A stretch of DNA of 64,000 nt from Acidimicrobiia bacterium (lineage in GTDB: Bacteria > Actinomycetota > Acidimicrobiia > Spongiisociales > ZC4RG35). Under the pieces are notes generated by a model. The model did no database searches and had not been told where the DNA came from. It worked only from the letters and a program-made list of their open reading frames with translations. Shown here piece after piece: positions 9,158-19,368 of the stretch (the stretch's first letter is position 1; each line of letters opens with the position of its first letter). The DNA is taken from the NCBI GenBank assembly GCA_965214265.1, contig CBDCBK010000010.1:281369-345368 (forward strand). The letters run 5' to 3'. The position numbers and the translations under genes were made by a program.

Positions 9158-10294
9158 TTATGTCCCGAGTTTGACTCCGTAGTAGCCAGCCAAGTCGTTC
9201 AAGCTTGCATCCCGCGTATTGATGGCTGCGATCTTCTCCGCGGTAACGACCGCGTTTCCGGTGTCGTAAATCTTGGGAGCGACCATGCCCCGCTCGACAA
9301 ATTGCCAGGCCTGCATCACCGCCATGAATCCCTGGGCGAAGAATTGCTGGTCGATGGTGAACGAGCTGTAACCCGTCTCAATGGCCTCATTGATGATCGG
9401 ATCGGTGTCAAAACCGGAAATGATCACGTCGCCAGGCGCCCAGCCCAACTCCTCCGCCACCCGGTAGTTGGCGATATGCGTCTGGGTGCTGGTGCCGGCC
9501 AACGCCACGAGATCTTCGCCGACTTCGGTGATCTTGGCCTGATAGATCGGGATGGAATCAGCCAAAGTCGCCGACTGATCGGGGAACTGCTCGGTGGTGA
9601 AGCTGGTGCCGTTGGCAGCATTGAAGGACGCAACGCCGTCGGCGATCCCCCGGTAGCGCTCCTCGATCGGCAGCGACCCGGGCGAGACGTTTCCGGTCAG
9701 GAAGTGACCGCTGGTAATGCCCTTCGCCACCAGGAGTTCGGCCGTTTCCTCTCCGACCAGCACTCCACCCAGATAAAGATCCTGTCCGACATACGGCACG
9801 TCCTGCTCGGCCAGCCACTCGGACCGGGCGGTATTCACCGCCACGAAATGGATTCCCTGATCCATCGCCTGTTCCGCCTGGGGCTCGGAGGGATCGAACC
9901 ACATACCGCCGATAATGACATCGGGCTGCAGAGTTATGGACTGCTCATATGTGGCGTTGAGCGTGTCGGGGGAGTCCTCCTGGTCGGTCAAGATTCCCTG
10001 GTAGTCCCAGCCCACCAATTCGGCGGCATTGCGCGCGCCGACCATGATGATGCCCACGCAGGGACAGGAAGCGTACGCCAACGCGGAAACCACGGAGCGG
10101 CTTGGTCCCTTGGACGTATCAACTGACGGCGCCGCGGGCGCCGCGGTGGTGGCCGGAGCGGCGGTGGTGGCCGTCTCCTCGGCGCTGCCACACCCTGCCA
10201 ACAACAGAGGCACAGCAACGGCGCTGGCGCCGGTAAGAGCAAGCATCTCCCTTCGAGTGAATAGAGGGCTCGATTTCTGATCTGGGGCTTTCAT
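9158..10294 (-). CDS. ABC sugar transporter substrate-binding lipoprotein
   Basis: The signal peptide RREMLALTGASAVAVPLLLAGC is followed by a periplasmic binding-protein fold. Confidence 0.8.
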   Translation of the reverse strand: MKAPDQKSSPLFTRREMLALTGASAVAVPLLLAGCGSAEETATTAAPATTAAPAAPSVDTSKGPSRSVVSALAYASCPCVGIIMVGARNAAELVGWDYQGILTDQEDSPDTLNATYEQSITLQPDVIIGGMWFDPSEPQAEQAMDQGIHFVAVNTARSEWLAEQDVPYVGQDLYLGGVLVGEETAELLVAKGITSGHFLTGNVSPGSLPIEERYRGIADGVASFNAANGTSFTTEQFPDQSATLADSIPIYQAKITEVGEDLVALAGTSTQTHIANYRVAEELGWAPGDVIISGFDTDPIINEAIETGYSSFTIDQQFFAQGFMAVMQAWQFVERGMVAPKIYDTGNAVVTAEKIAAINTRDASLNDLAGYYGVKLGT

Positions 10295-10471
10295 GACATC
10301 CTCCTGGCTAGTTCGTCTCAGGTCTTCGACAATTCTTTGTGCGCCCACGTAACCTAAAGAGATCATATCATCATATCTCTGACGGTCAATAGAAAACCCG
10401 CCTACAAACTTGACAGGGTTCTCAAGAAATCTGTCTTGGGATTCAGCCCAGGGTCAGGACTCCGAAGATGG

Positions 10472-11533
10472 CTAGGAGCGTCGTCGAAGTCGAAAAGACT
10501 CGGAGGTGGCGCCGATTATCGAAGCCAGTTTTCCTTCCCGACGGAGAGTCACATCCAAAGTGGCCGCCACAATGATTATCGCTCCGATCGCTACCCTCGT
10601 CCAGTTGGCGTTTACGCCCGAGAGGATTATGCCGTTTTGCATCATCCCCAGGATGAATGCCCCGATAAACGTCCCGTATACGCTCCCCTCCCCTCCGAAC
10701 AGCGCGACACCACCCAATATGACGGCCCCGATCACCTGCAACTCGAAACCCGCTCCCGTGGTCGGCGAGGCGGTCCTCAGCCAGCCGCCCTGCAGAACCG
10801 AGATGAGACCCACCAGCCCCCCCGTGATCACAAAGCAATAAAGTTTCACCCTGCGGGTGTGGATCCCGCTTGCCTGGGCGGCCTGGCTGTTCCCGCCCGT
10901 GGCGAAGATGTGATAACCAAAAAGGGTATAGCGGAGGACCAAACCTCCTATGACGAGCACCCCCAGCATCCAGATAACCTGCGCGGGGACCCGACCCACC
11001 GACCCGGCGGTGATGGAGTAGAAGCTCGGATCGAGTTCTTTGGGATATGAGAAGGGAAAGCCGCCCGAAATAACCAGGGCGCCGCCCTTCAGAAAACTCA
11101 GCATGCCTAGGGTAACGATGAACGACGGGACTCCCACCACCGTGGTGATCACACCGTTTATCACTCCGATCAGACACGAAATGCCCACCACGATCAAAGC
11201 AGCCGTCCAAGGCGCCACCCCCCGCGCCACGATCAGCCAACCGAGCACGATGGTGCAAAAGGCATAGTTGGACCCGACCGACAGATCGAACTCACCGGAG
11301 ATGAACAGCAGGGTCATGCCGACGCCCACGATCGTAGTGAAAGACACCAGGCGAGTCACATTGATGATGTTGGTCAACTGGAAAAAGTGCTCGGCGCTGA
11401 ACGAGAACCAGATAAACATCGCAGCCGCCACCACCGTCAGCGCTATCAGCCCGGCAAGGGTGGCATTCACAGGGGCGGTGGCGATATCGCCCTGGCTGTG
11501 ATCCAGCTTTGGTCTCTCGTCCACTTGACGCAA
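10472..11533 (-). CDS. ABC sugar transporter permease (RbsC/AraH-type)
   Basis: This is a polytopic 353-aa membrane protein. Confidence 0.8.
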   Translation of the reverse strand: MRQVDERPKLDHSQGDIATAPVNATLAGLIALTVVAAAMFIWFSFSAEHFFQLTNIINVTRLVSFTTIVGVGMTLLFISGEFDLSVGSNYAFCTIVLGWLIVARGVAPWTAALIVVGISCLIGVINGVITTVVGVPSFIVTLGMLSFLKGGALVISGGFPFSYPKELDPSFYSITAGSVGRVPAQVIWMLGVLVIGGLVLRYTLFGYHIFATGGNSQAAQASGIHTRRVKLYCFVITGGLVGLISVLQGGWLRTASPTTGAGFELQVIGAVILGGVALFGGEGSVYGTFIGAFILGMMQNGIILSGVNANWTRVAIGAIIIVAATLDVTLRREGKLASIIGATSESFRLRRRS

Positions 11534-11541
11534 CCCTTGAG

Positions 11542-12357
11542 TCAGTCGCCCGTATGCTGGCCGCTTCCCACGATGAGACCAACGATCTCATCACGGGTGA
11601 CCTCGGACACCGCCTTGTTGGCGATCACCCGCCCGTGACGGAGAACCACAATCCGATCGGCGATGTCGAAAACGCTCACCAGGTTGTGACTGACTACCAG
11701 CACCGCGTGACCGTCGGCCCGGAGTTGTCGCATCAGGGAGTAGACGTGCCCGGCTTCCCGGATTCCCAGCGCGGCAGTGGGCTCGTCCATCAACATGGTC
11801 TTCCCTCCGCGCAGGATGGCGCGCGAGACCGCCACCGACTGGCGCTGTCCGCCGGACAGGTCACGGACTGCCGCCCGTACCGAGGGAAGGTTGACTCCCA
11901 GCTCTGCTATAACGGTTTGCGCGCTTCTCAGCATCTTCTGGCGGTTCACAAACACCCCGAAGCGAGTCGGCTCCCGGCCCAGATGAAGGTTGGCGGCAAC
12001 GCTCCGCTGCTCCACCAGCGCCAGTCCCTGGAAGACAGTGGCTATTCCGTGTTCGATAGCGGACTGGGCCGACTCGATCCCCACCTCTTTGCCCTCCACT
12101 CGAATCACGCCTTCGTCGGGCTGGAGAACACCGGAGAGAATGGCAACCAGGGTTGACTTTCCGGCGCCGTTGTCACCCACCAGAGCCACGATTTCGCCTC
12201 CGTACAGGGAGAGCGAAGCCTTGCTCAAGGCAGTCACATATCCGAACGTCTTGGAGATCGAATCAGCCTCCAGATAAGGCAGGCCGCCAGGTTGGGAGGA
12301 GATGCCCAAAGATCCGTCCAACCCTCCATCAAGGGACGCGGAGACCGATGATTTCAT
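11542..12357 (-). CDS. ABC transporter ATP-binding protein
   Basis: It has GDNGAGKSTL, LSGGQRQ and Walker B motifs. Confidence 0.85.
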   Translation of the reverse strand: MKSSVSASLDGGLDGSLGISSQPGGLPYLEADSISKTFGYVTALSKASLSLYGGEIVALVGDNGAGKSTLVAILSGVLQPDEGVIRVEGKEVGIESAQSAIEHGIATVFQGLALVEQRSVAANLHLGREPTRFGVFVNRQKMLRSAQTVIAELGVNLPSVRAAVRDLSGGQRQSVAVSRAILRGGKTMLMDEPTAALGIREAGHVYSLMRQLRADGHAVLVVSHNLVSVFDIADRIVVLRHGRVIANKAVSEVTRDEIVGLIVGSGQHTGD

Positions 12358-12485
12358 CAGGAGCCGAGTATATCACTAGAAGACATTCTATGATTAGACC
12401 TCTTGCTTCAAGACTGCTCGCACCAGGGAAGCAGACACCAAGAACGGACGCTACTCCCCTTGTGCGGCGGAAGAGAGGAGAGGAG

Positions 12486-12773
12486 ATGGACGGGCGCGGA
12501 TGGACCGGGCTCATATGGACCGGGCTCATATGGCTGGCAAGCGGGATTGGCTGGCTTTCGTTCACCCTTATCACACAACAAGACCGATCCCATCTCGGTG
12601 GAAAATCCGAAGATTCTCCCGACGATGATCCAGAGGATGGCCGCAGTCGACATTCCCCCAAGAGGCTGCTCGCTCCTCTCATCCTCATCCTCGTGGGCGG
12701 CGCTCTGCTCCTTTGGGGCATCGGGATCTTCGATACAGAGTTCCCCGACGAACGCTGCTGTCCCGGACCATGA
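12486..12773 (+). CDS. Hypothetical small two-TM membrane protein
   Basis: A GGAGAGGAG ribosome-binding site precedes the ATG at 12486. The product is 95 aa with two hydrophobic helices. The gene contains a 15-bp tandem repeat. Confidence 0.3.
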   Translation: MDGRGWTGLIWTGLIWLASGIGWLSFTLITQQDRSHLGGKSEDSPDDDPEDGRSRHSPKRLLAPLILILVGGALLLWGIGIFDTEFPDERCCPGP

Positions 12774-12822
12774 TGGATGATCATCACCCCACCGGAACGA
12801 AGACCGCCTCCCGGAGACACCT

Positions 12823-13809
12823 GTGACCTCTCCGGTAATCCTCATCACTTGGCCCCGTTTTCGCGCGGACGACCCGGAGACGGGTGGCCGACTCGTATCA
12901 GCCGGCTATCAGGTACGACACGCGCCCAATCACGGAGGCCGTGATCCGGGGACCCTGATAGAACTGCTGGAGGGAGCGGTGGGCGCCATCGTCAGCGCCG
13001 ATCCTTTCACGGCCGAGGTGTTCGCCGCCTCTCCCATGCTGAGAGTGGTGGCGCGGACCGGAGTGGGCCTGGACAGCATCGATGTGAGCGCCGCCGAGGC
13101 GGCAGGAGTAACTCTTTTTACCACTCCGGGCGCCAACCACAATTCGGTCGCCGACCACACGATGGCCTTGATCCTCGCCCTGGTTCGCCGACTGGTCGAA
13201 AACGACACGGCGCTGCGCAAGGGCCAATGGGACAGAGCGGGAAGCCTTTCGGGGGGAGAACTGACCGGCGCCCGTGTCGGGTTGATCGGATTCGGCCGAA
13301 TCGGACGGGCGGTCGCCCGGAGACTGGAGGGGTTCGAGGTCGAGATCCGGGTGTGCGATCCGGGAATCGCCGATGCTTCGCCACATCAGTTGACCACACT
13401 GGAAGAATTGATGAAGTGGAGCGAGATCATCAGTATCCATTGTCCCCTGACACCGGCCACCGCCAACCTGATCGGCAGCCGCCAACTGGCGCTGGCCCGG
13501 CCGGGACTGATACTCATCAATACGGCCCGGGGCGGAATGGTGGATGAGACCGCCTTGGCCGCCGCTATCCGGTCGGGACGAGTGGCCGGAGCGGGATTGG
13601 ATGTCTTCGGCGTGGAACCTCCCCATGACTCCGACCTACTCAACCTCCCCGGAGTGATCGTATCTCCGCACATCGCCGGGCTCAGCAACAAATCGATGGG
13701 ACTCATGCTCGATCAATGCATATACAACGTGCTTGAATTCCTCGACACACCGCAGCCAGCGCGGCAGGAACACCGGCTACCCCGACTTTCGATCCCCAAC
13801 CTGTCCTAA
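12823..13809 (+). CDS. D-isomer-specific 2-hydroxyacid dehydrogenase (PGDH-like)
   Basis: It has the NAD-binding GLIGFGRIGRAV motif and the catalytic H/E region. Confidence 0.8.
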   Translation: MTSPVILITWPRFRADDPETGGRLVSAGYQVRHAPNHGGRDPGTLIELLEGAVGAIVSADPFTAEVFAASPMLRVVARTGVGLDSIDVSAAEAAGVTLFTTPGANHNSVADHTMALILALVRRLVENDTALRKGQWDRAGSLSGGELTGARVGLIGFGRIGRAVARRLEGFEVEIRVCDPGIADASPHQLTTLEELMKWSEIISIHCPLTPATANLIGSRQLALARPGLILINTARGGMVDETALAAAIRSGRVAGAGLDVFGVEPPHDSDLLNLPGVIVSPHIAGLSNKSMGLMLDQCIYNVLEFLDTPQPARQEHRLPRLSIPNLS

Positions 13810-13823
13810 CAAGGAGGTAAGAG

Positions 13824-14714
13824 TTGGCCGATACAAGACTCAAACTCGGAACCGCGCCGTGTTCTTGGGGAATCTGGTTCCCCGACGACGCCCACCAGGT
13901 GCCATGGCAACGATGCCTGGACGAGATCAGCGAAGTAGAGTACGAATGGATCGAACTGGGCCCGTACGGATACCTCCCGACCGACACCGAAGTCCTCAAC
14001 AAGGAGCTGGCGGATCGGGGTCTGGCAGTGTCCGGCACTTTCACCATGGGGTTTCTCGATGATCTGGATCACTGGCCTGCGCTGGAAGCAGAGACAATCG
14101 GCGCCTGCCAATCTCTGGTCTCGGTCGGCGCCGGCTATCTGATCGTGATCGACGGCATCTACTCGGACCTCTTCACCGGCGAGATGCTGCGCAGCGCCAC
14201 ATTGAACGATGCAGAATGGCGTGCTTTGATCGACACTACCCACCGGATAGCAAGCATCGCCGATGACCACGGGCTGCGAGCCGTTTTCCATCCCCATGCC
14301 GAGACCCATGTCGAGACCGAGGAACAGATCGAGTGTTTCCTGGCCGACACCGATCCTGAATTGATCGCCCTGTGTCTCGATACCGGCCATCACGCCTATC
14401 GAGGAGGTGACGCCGTCGGGTTCTATAAAGCACATGCCGACCGAATCGAATACTTCCATCTCAAGAATGTGGACGGAGAGATTCTGGAGAGGGTGGGTCG
14501 AGAGGGAATCCCCTTTGCAAAGGCGGTGGAGATGGGGGTTTTCTGCGAGCCGGAGCATGGCGTGATCGACTTCGCGGAGATGGCGCAAGCGCTTGCGGAC
14601 ACCGGTTTCGACGGTCATGCCACAGTAGAGCAGGACATGTACCCCGCACCTCCGGACAAGCCGTTTCCCGCAGCCAAACGGACCTACGAATATCTGAGGG
14701 GTCTAGGTCTGTAA
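13824..14714 (+). CDS. Xylose-isomerase-like TIM barrel protein (IolE/inosose dehydratase-like)
   Basis: The N-terminus is LGTAPCSWGIWFPDD. It sits in a locus with iolD. Confidence 0.65.
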   Translation: MADTRLKLGTAPCSWGIWFPDDAHQVPWQRCLDEISEVEYEWIELGPYGYLPTDTEVLNKELADRGLAVSGTFTMGFLDDLDHWPALEAETIGACQSLVSVGAGYLIVIDGIYSDLFTGEMLRSATLNDAEWRALIDTTHRIASIADDHGLRAVFHPHAETHVETEEQIECFLADTDPELIALCLDTGHHAYRGGDAVGFYKAHADRIEYFHLKNVDGEILERVGREGIPFAKAVEMGVFCEPEHGVIDFAEMAQALADTGFDGHATVEQDMYPAPPDKPFPAAKRTYEYLRGLGL

Positions 14715-14805
14715 ACGCCCCGATGGGATTCGGTGACACAAGGGCGCTGAGACTCCATCCCTCTTGGGGTATACGCTCGGGCACGCCATCGAATAGGCTT
14801 GAAAT

Positions 14806-16235
14806 ATGATGATTGAATCTTTTCAGGATCCGCGCCTGTCCGCCGGCCAGGCGCCGCAGGGCGCCCCGGTGGGGGTGGTGAATCCCTATAACGGCGAAAC
14901 GATCGGCGAGATCGCCGCGGCGTCGGAACGGAACGTTGAAAATGTTCTGGCTGCCGCAGCCGCGGCCGTGAAGCCCATGAGATCTCTGAGCGCCCACGAA
15001 CGGGCCGACCTGTTGGAGAAGGCCGCGCTCAAATGCGACGAAGCCACCGAGTACCTGGCCGGGCTGGTCGTCGCCGAGCAGGGGAAAACCATCACCGAGG
15101 CGCGCGGCGAGGCCGGACGGATGGGGTCTCTGCTCCGCTATTGCGCGGGCGAGGCCCGGCGGATCGAGGGAGAGGTGCTCCCTCTCGATGGGAGTCCGGG
15201 CGGCGAGGGCCGCCTTGGGTTCACTCTCCGCCAGCCCGCCGGGTGGCGGCCATCACCCCCTTCAACTATCCGCTGCTCCTCGTCGCCCACAAGGTTGGAC
15301 CCGCCCTGGCGGCCGGAAACCCGGTGGTGGTAAAGCCGGCTTCCTACACGCCGCTCAGTGCTTTTGCCTTCATGAGTTTGCTGTTGGATGTCGGCTTTCC
15401 CGAGGGCGCCGTCCAGTGCATCGCCGGCCCCGGCCCGACCGTGGGCGCTCGTCTCTGCACCGACGAGCGGATCCGGGTGGTCAGCTTTACCGGCAGCGCC
15501 GAAGTGGGGAAAAGCATCACCAAGATCGCCGGAGTGAAAAAGCTCCTGCTCGAGTTGGGCGCCAACTGCCCGGTGGTGGTTCTCCCCGACGCCGACTTTG
15601 ACCTCGCCGCCGAGGCGACGGCCAAAGCCGGCACGGTCAACGCCGGACAGGTGTGCATATCAGCCCAGCGGGTGCTGGTGGACCGTCGCTCCTACTCCAA
15701 GTTTCTCGACACGCTGGGTGACCGCTTTTCTGCGATCAGCGCCGGGGATCCGACCGATGAGAACACCCAAATGGGCCCGATGATCAGTCCCGACGAGGCG
15801 GACCGGGTACGCCGGGTCATCGCGGACGCCGCATCGCAGGGTGCCAAGGTAGTGGTGGGCGGCGAGGTGAACGGAGCTCTGCACCAGGCGACCGTGGTAG
15901 CGGATGTCCCCAGCGACACGCATCTCTTCTCCGATGAGTTGTTCGGCCCGGCGGTGGGAGTCACCCCCGTTGACAGCGTCGAGGAAGCCATAGCGCTCTG
16001 CAACCAGACCTCCTACGGTCTGGGGGCGGGGGTGTTCACCAGAGATATCGCCACTGCCGTCCGTTTCGCCCGCGAGGTGGACGCTGGAAACGTGCACATT
16101 AACTGGGGGCCGCTGTGGCGGGTTGACCCCATGCCCTACGGCGGGCTCAAGGGAAGCGGGATCGGTAAGGAGGGCCCGAAGTACGCGATAGAAGAGATGA
16201 CCGAGTCCAAGACGGTGGTGATTCATCCCGGCTAG
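14806..16235 (+). pseudogene. Aldehyde dehydrogenase (IolA/MmsA-like context) with an apparent 1-bp frameshift
   Basis: The N-terminal ORF (14806-15333) and the C-terminal ORF (15033-16235) join at ~15241. There gccgggtggcggcc is seen where gccggggtggcggcc is expected, which would read ...QPAGVVAAITPFNYPL. Confidence 0.6.
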
Positions 16236-16277
16236 AGCATTGTGACAGCTTGACCCCCGGAGGAGAAAGGAAGCAAA

Positions 16278-18182
16278 ATGATGAACAGCAACCACACCGA
16301 CAAGACCATTCGGCTCACCACGGCCCAGGCCATTGTGAAGTTCCTTCAGGCGCAATGGACGGAGTTCGATGGTCGCCAGGAACGTCTCTTCGCGGGAATG
16401 TTCGGCCTCTTCGGACACGGCAACGTGGCCGGGCTCGGGCAGGCGCTGGAGGAATACGGACAAGACCTTGCCTTCTATCAGGCCAAGAACGAGCAGTCCG
16501 CCGTTCATCAAGCCCTCGGATACGCCAAGGCCAAGAATCGGTTGTCGACCTTCGCTTGCGCGGCTTCCATCGGACCCGGATCCACCAACTTGGTCACCGG
16601 GGCGGCCACCGCTACCTCCAATCGGCTGCCCGTGTTGCTCTTGCCGGCTGACACCTTCGTCCGCCGCCGCCAGGGACCGGTCCTCCAACAGATCGAGGAC
16701 CTGGTTTCGGCGGATACCACGGTCAATGACTCACTTTTGCCCGTGTCCCGGTTTTTTGATCGGATCAGCTATCCCGAACAGCTCCTCTCCGCTCTTCCCG
16801 AGGCCTGCCGGGTCCTGACCGACCAGGCGGATACAGGCGCCGCCACGCTCTCTTTTCATCAGGACACGGAAGGAGAGGCCTGGGACTTTCCTCTACATTT
16901 CTTCTCTCCCCGCGTCTGGCACATACCCCGTCGACCCCCGGCCACCGACGAGATCAGCCGCGCCGTTGACCTGATCCGGTCCTCGGAAAGACCGTTCCTG
17001 ATAGCAGGCGGCGGTGTTCGCTATTCGCGGGCGGGAGCGACGGTCGCCGAGTTCTCCGAACGTTTCGGCGTGCCGGTGGGCGAGACCTTCGCCGGAAAGG
17101 CAGCCGTCCCGGCCGGGCCCTATCACCTCGGCGCAGTGGGTGTGACCGGCACCGGTGGCGCCAACGCCATGGCCTCCCGCGCCGATCTGGTGATCTGTGT
17201 GGGCACCCGGCTGCAGGATTTCACCACCGCCTCCAATTCGCTCTTTCAAGGCAGTGGTGTGCAATTCGTCGGCATCAACGTCGCCGGCCGCGACGCCTAC
17301 AAGCTGGGGGCCGCGCCCATCGTGGCCGACGCCCGCCTCGCCTTGGAGATTCTGCATCAGGCTCTGGCGACAGCGCGCTGGCAAACGACGGACGAGTACC
17401 GAACGCAAACGTCGGCAGAGGGGCGCGCGTGGGCCGATCTCATGGATCGCCACCTAGAACGTCCATCGGGCCAGCGCGTGAGCCAGGGTGAAGTGATCCG
17501 CGCCCTGAACCGTCATGCCCACTCCGGGGATGTGGTGGTCGCGGCGGCCGGGTCTCCACCGGCCGACGTTCACAAGCTGTGGGATCACTCGGATGGAACA
17601 GAGGTCCACTTGGAGTTCGGCTATTCCTGCATGGGCCACGAGGTGCCGTCGGCCATGGGTTACAAGATGGCCCGTCCCGGTGACACCGAGGTCTATGTGA
17701 TCCAGGGCGAGGGTGGGTGGCTCTTGTCCAATCCGGAGATCGTCTCGGCCGTTCAGGAGGGAATCAAGGTCACTGTAATTCTCGTCACCAACGACGGGTA
17801 CCAGTCGATCAGGGACCTTCAGGAACGGACCACCGGCGTTTTGTTCGGCACCGAGCTGCGATACCGAGAGGAGGACTCCCGGCGTCTCACCGGCGGTGTG
17901 CTCCCAGTCGACTTCGTCCTAAATGCCCAGAGTCTTGGCTGTCGGGTGTTTCATGCCCCCGACATCGATGTCCTCGAAGAGGCTCTTGCCGAGGCCCGTA
18001 ACAGCGTCCTCCCCGTGGTGATCGTCTGTCCGGTCGAGCCCTACCGGATGCTTCCCGGCGGCGACGCCTGGTGGGATGTCGGCATCACCGAAGCGTCGGA
18101 CCAGGCCGAGATGCGCCTCATCGCCGAGTTGCACCTCAAGGGACGCGAGTCCCAGCGTTTCTACTATGCCGGGGCGGTGTAA
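16278..18182 (+). CDS. iolD: 3D-(3,5/4)-trihydroxycyclohexane-1,2-dione hydrolase (TPP enzyme IolD)
   Basis: The N-terminus KTIRLTTAQAIVKFLQAQWTEFDG...FGHGNVAGLGQALEE is IolD-like. The protein is 634 aa. Confidence 0.8.
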   Translation: MMNSNHTDKTIRLTTAQAIVKFLQAQWTEFDGRQERLFAGMFGLFGHGNVAGLGQALEEYGQDLAFYQAKNEQSAVHQALGYAKAKNRLSTFACAASIGPGSTNLVTGAATATSNRLPVLLLPADTFVRRRQGPVLQQIEDLVSADTTVNDSLLPVSRFFDRISYPEQLLSALPEACRVLTDQADTGAATLSFHQDTEGEAWDFPLHFFSPRVWHIPRRPPATDEISRAVDLIRSSERPFLIAGGGVRYSRAGATVAEFSERFGVPVGETFAGKAAVPAGPYHLGAVGVTGTGGANAMASRADLVICVGTRLQDFTTASNSLFQGSGVQFVGINVAGRDAYKLGAAPIVADARLALEILHQALATARWQTTDEYRTQTSAEGRAWADLMDRHLERPSGQRVSQGEVIRALNRHAHSGDVVVAAAGSPPADVHKLWDHSDGTEVHLEFGYSCMGHEVPSAMGYKMARPGDTEVYVIQGEGGWLLSNPEIVSAVQEGIKVTVILVTNDGYQSIRDLQERTTGVLFGTELRYREEDSRRLTGGVLPVDFVLNAQSLGCRVFHAPDIDVLEEALAEARNSVLPVVIVCPVEPYRMLPGGDAWWDVGITEASDQAEMRLIAELHLKGRESQRFYYAGAV

Positions 18183-18257
18183 CCCCGCGGCTGGAAGGTG
18201 AATTTTCTCGTATAGCATTACGGTTCGGCTGACCGCATTCGAAAAGAAGGGATGTAG

Positions 18258-18968
18258 ATGTCGAGGCTAAGCAGAGAAGCGATGCGCGTCCTCATGGGGG
18301 ACATCATCTCGGGCAGATACTCGGAAGGTGAGCGCCTTCCCAAGGAAAGCGATCTCACGGAACGTTTCGAGGCAAGCAGGGGCACTATCCGAGAATCGGT
18401 GCGGGCCCTCGAGGAACGTGAGTTGGTCAAAGTCACGCACGGCGTCGGGGCGGTGGTGCAACCGTCCGACCGCTGGGACATACTCGACGCCGATGTCCTG
18501 GACATAACCCTGGCCACAACCCGAAGCAATAAAGTGTTGGAGGCTTTCTTGGAGACGCGGCGGATTCTTGAAGTGGAAGCCGTGGCGCTGGCCGCCCAGC
18601 GGGCATCGGACGAGGAACTACAAGCCATAAAAGAGGCGTTCGGACGTTTGGAGACCGCTGCCAAAGCGGCGGTGGCCAACCCCTTGGACGAAGCGCATTA
18701 TCTGAAAACGGACGCTGAATTCCATTCGGCGATCTTCAAGGCAACGGGGAACATCATCCTCGGGAAGATGGTCGAGCCGCTGCAGAAGGCGCTTCAGACT
18801 GCCATGCGGTCCCTGGCCCGCCCCGACCACCGTGTTTTCAGAAGCCTTCCGGAGCATGAACGGATTATGAAGACTGTCACCAACCGTGATGTGGAGGGTG
18901 CACGGGCGGCGATGGAAGAGCACCTGTCCACTTCCCTCGTACATTTGGAATCCATCCGAACCAACTAG
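18258..18968 (+). CDS. GntR-family (FadR/FCD subfamily) transcriptional regulator
   Basis: It has a winged helix-turn-helix N-terminus and an FCD C-terminus. Confidence 0.8.
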   Translation: MSRLSREAMRVLMGDIISGRYSEGERLPKESDLTERFEASRGTIRESVRALEERELVKVTHGVGAVVQPSDRWDILDADVLDITLATTRSNKVLEAFLETRRILEVEAVALAAQRASDEELQAIKEAFGRLETAAKAAVANPLDEAHYLKTDAEFHSAIFKATGNIILGKMVEPLQKALQTAMRSLARPDHRVFRSLPEHERIMKTVTNRDVEGARAAMEEHLSTSLVHLESIRTN

Positions 18969-19004
18969 CTCGCCAGTTGTCCGGCAATATAATTTGGGAC
19001 TTAT

Positions 19005-19356
19005 ATACCTAAGGGGCGCTTGGGCATACTGTTCCGCGGCGTCTGTCCGCGCCACCAGGGTTAGCCCCGGGACCTGATGTTCTTAGCGGCATTGACGTCC
19101 CTAACAGAGACGCAGTCCGCACGCCGCACAGTCGAAGGTCCTCTGGGAGAGGGCCATCTGCTGGCGGTGACCACATTTGGAGCAGACTCCAGGCAGGCGC
19201 TATAGAGCTCACAGCACATACCTAAAGAGTTCCGTCAGACGACGATGCTGGGAAGCAGAGCACTTGGCAGGGAAACGGAACGTCTGGAACCACACCATAC
19301 CGAACATGCCCCGGGGGTGTGACAAACCCCTTCGCCACTTAGGTATATAAGTCCCC
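19005..19356. mobile_element. MITE-like non-autonomous element with terminal inverted repeats (TIRs) and a target-site duplication
   Basis: The terminal inverted repeats are GGGACTTATATACCTAAGGGGCG at the left end and CGCCACTTAGGTATATAAGTCCCC at the right end. Direct repeats TATAATT(T) flank it at 18997-19004 and 19357-19364. The termini match the tnpB-element end at ~62575. There is no ORF, and it is inserted between gntR and the SDR gene. Confidence 0.55.
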
Positions 19357-19368
19357 TATAATTTCTTC

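Noticed and set aside
18969-19368. A small RNA or riboswitch in the 400-bp gntR-SDR intergenic region
   Set aside because: The region is fully accounted for by the TIR-bounded MITE-like insertion. No riboswitch-like conserved core was recognised.
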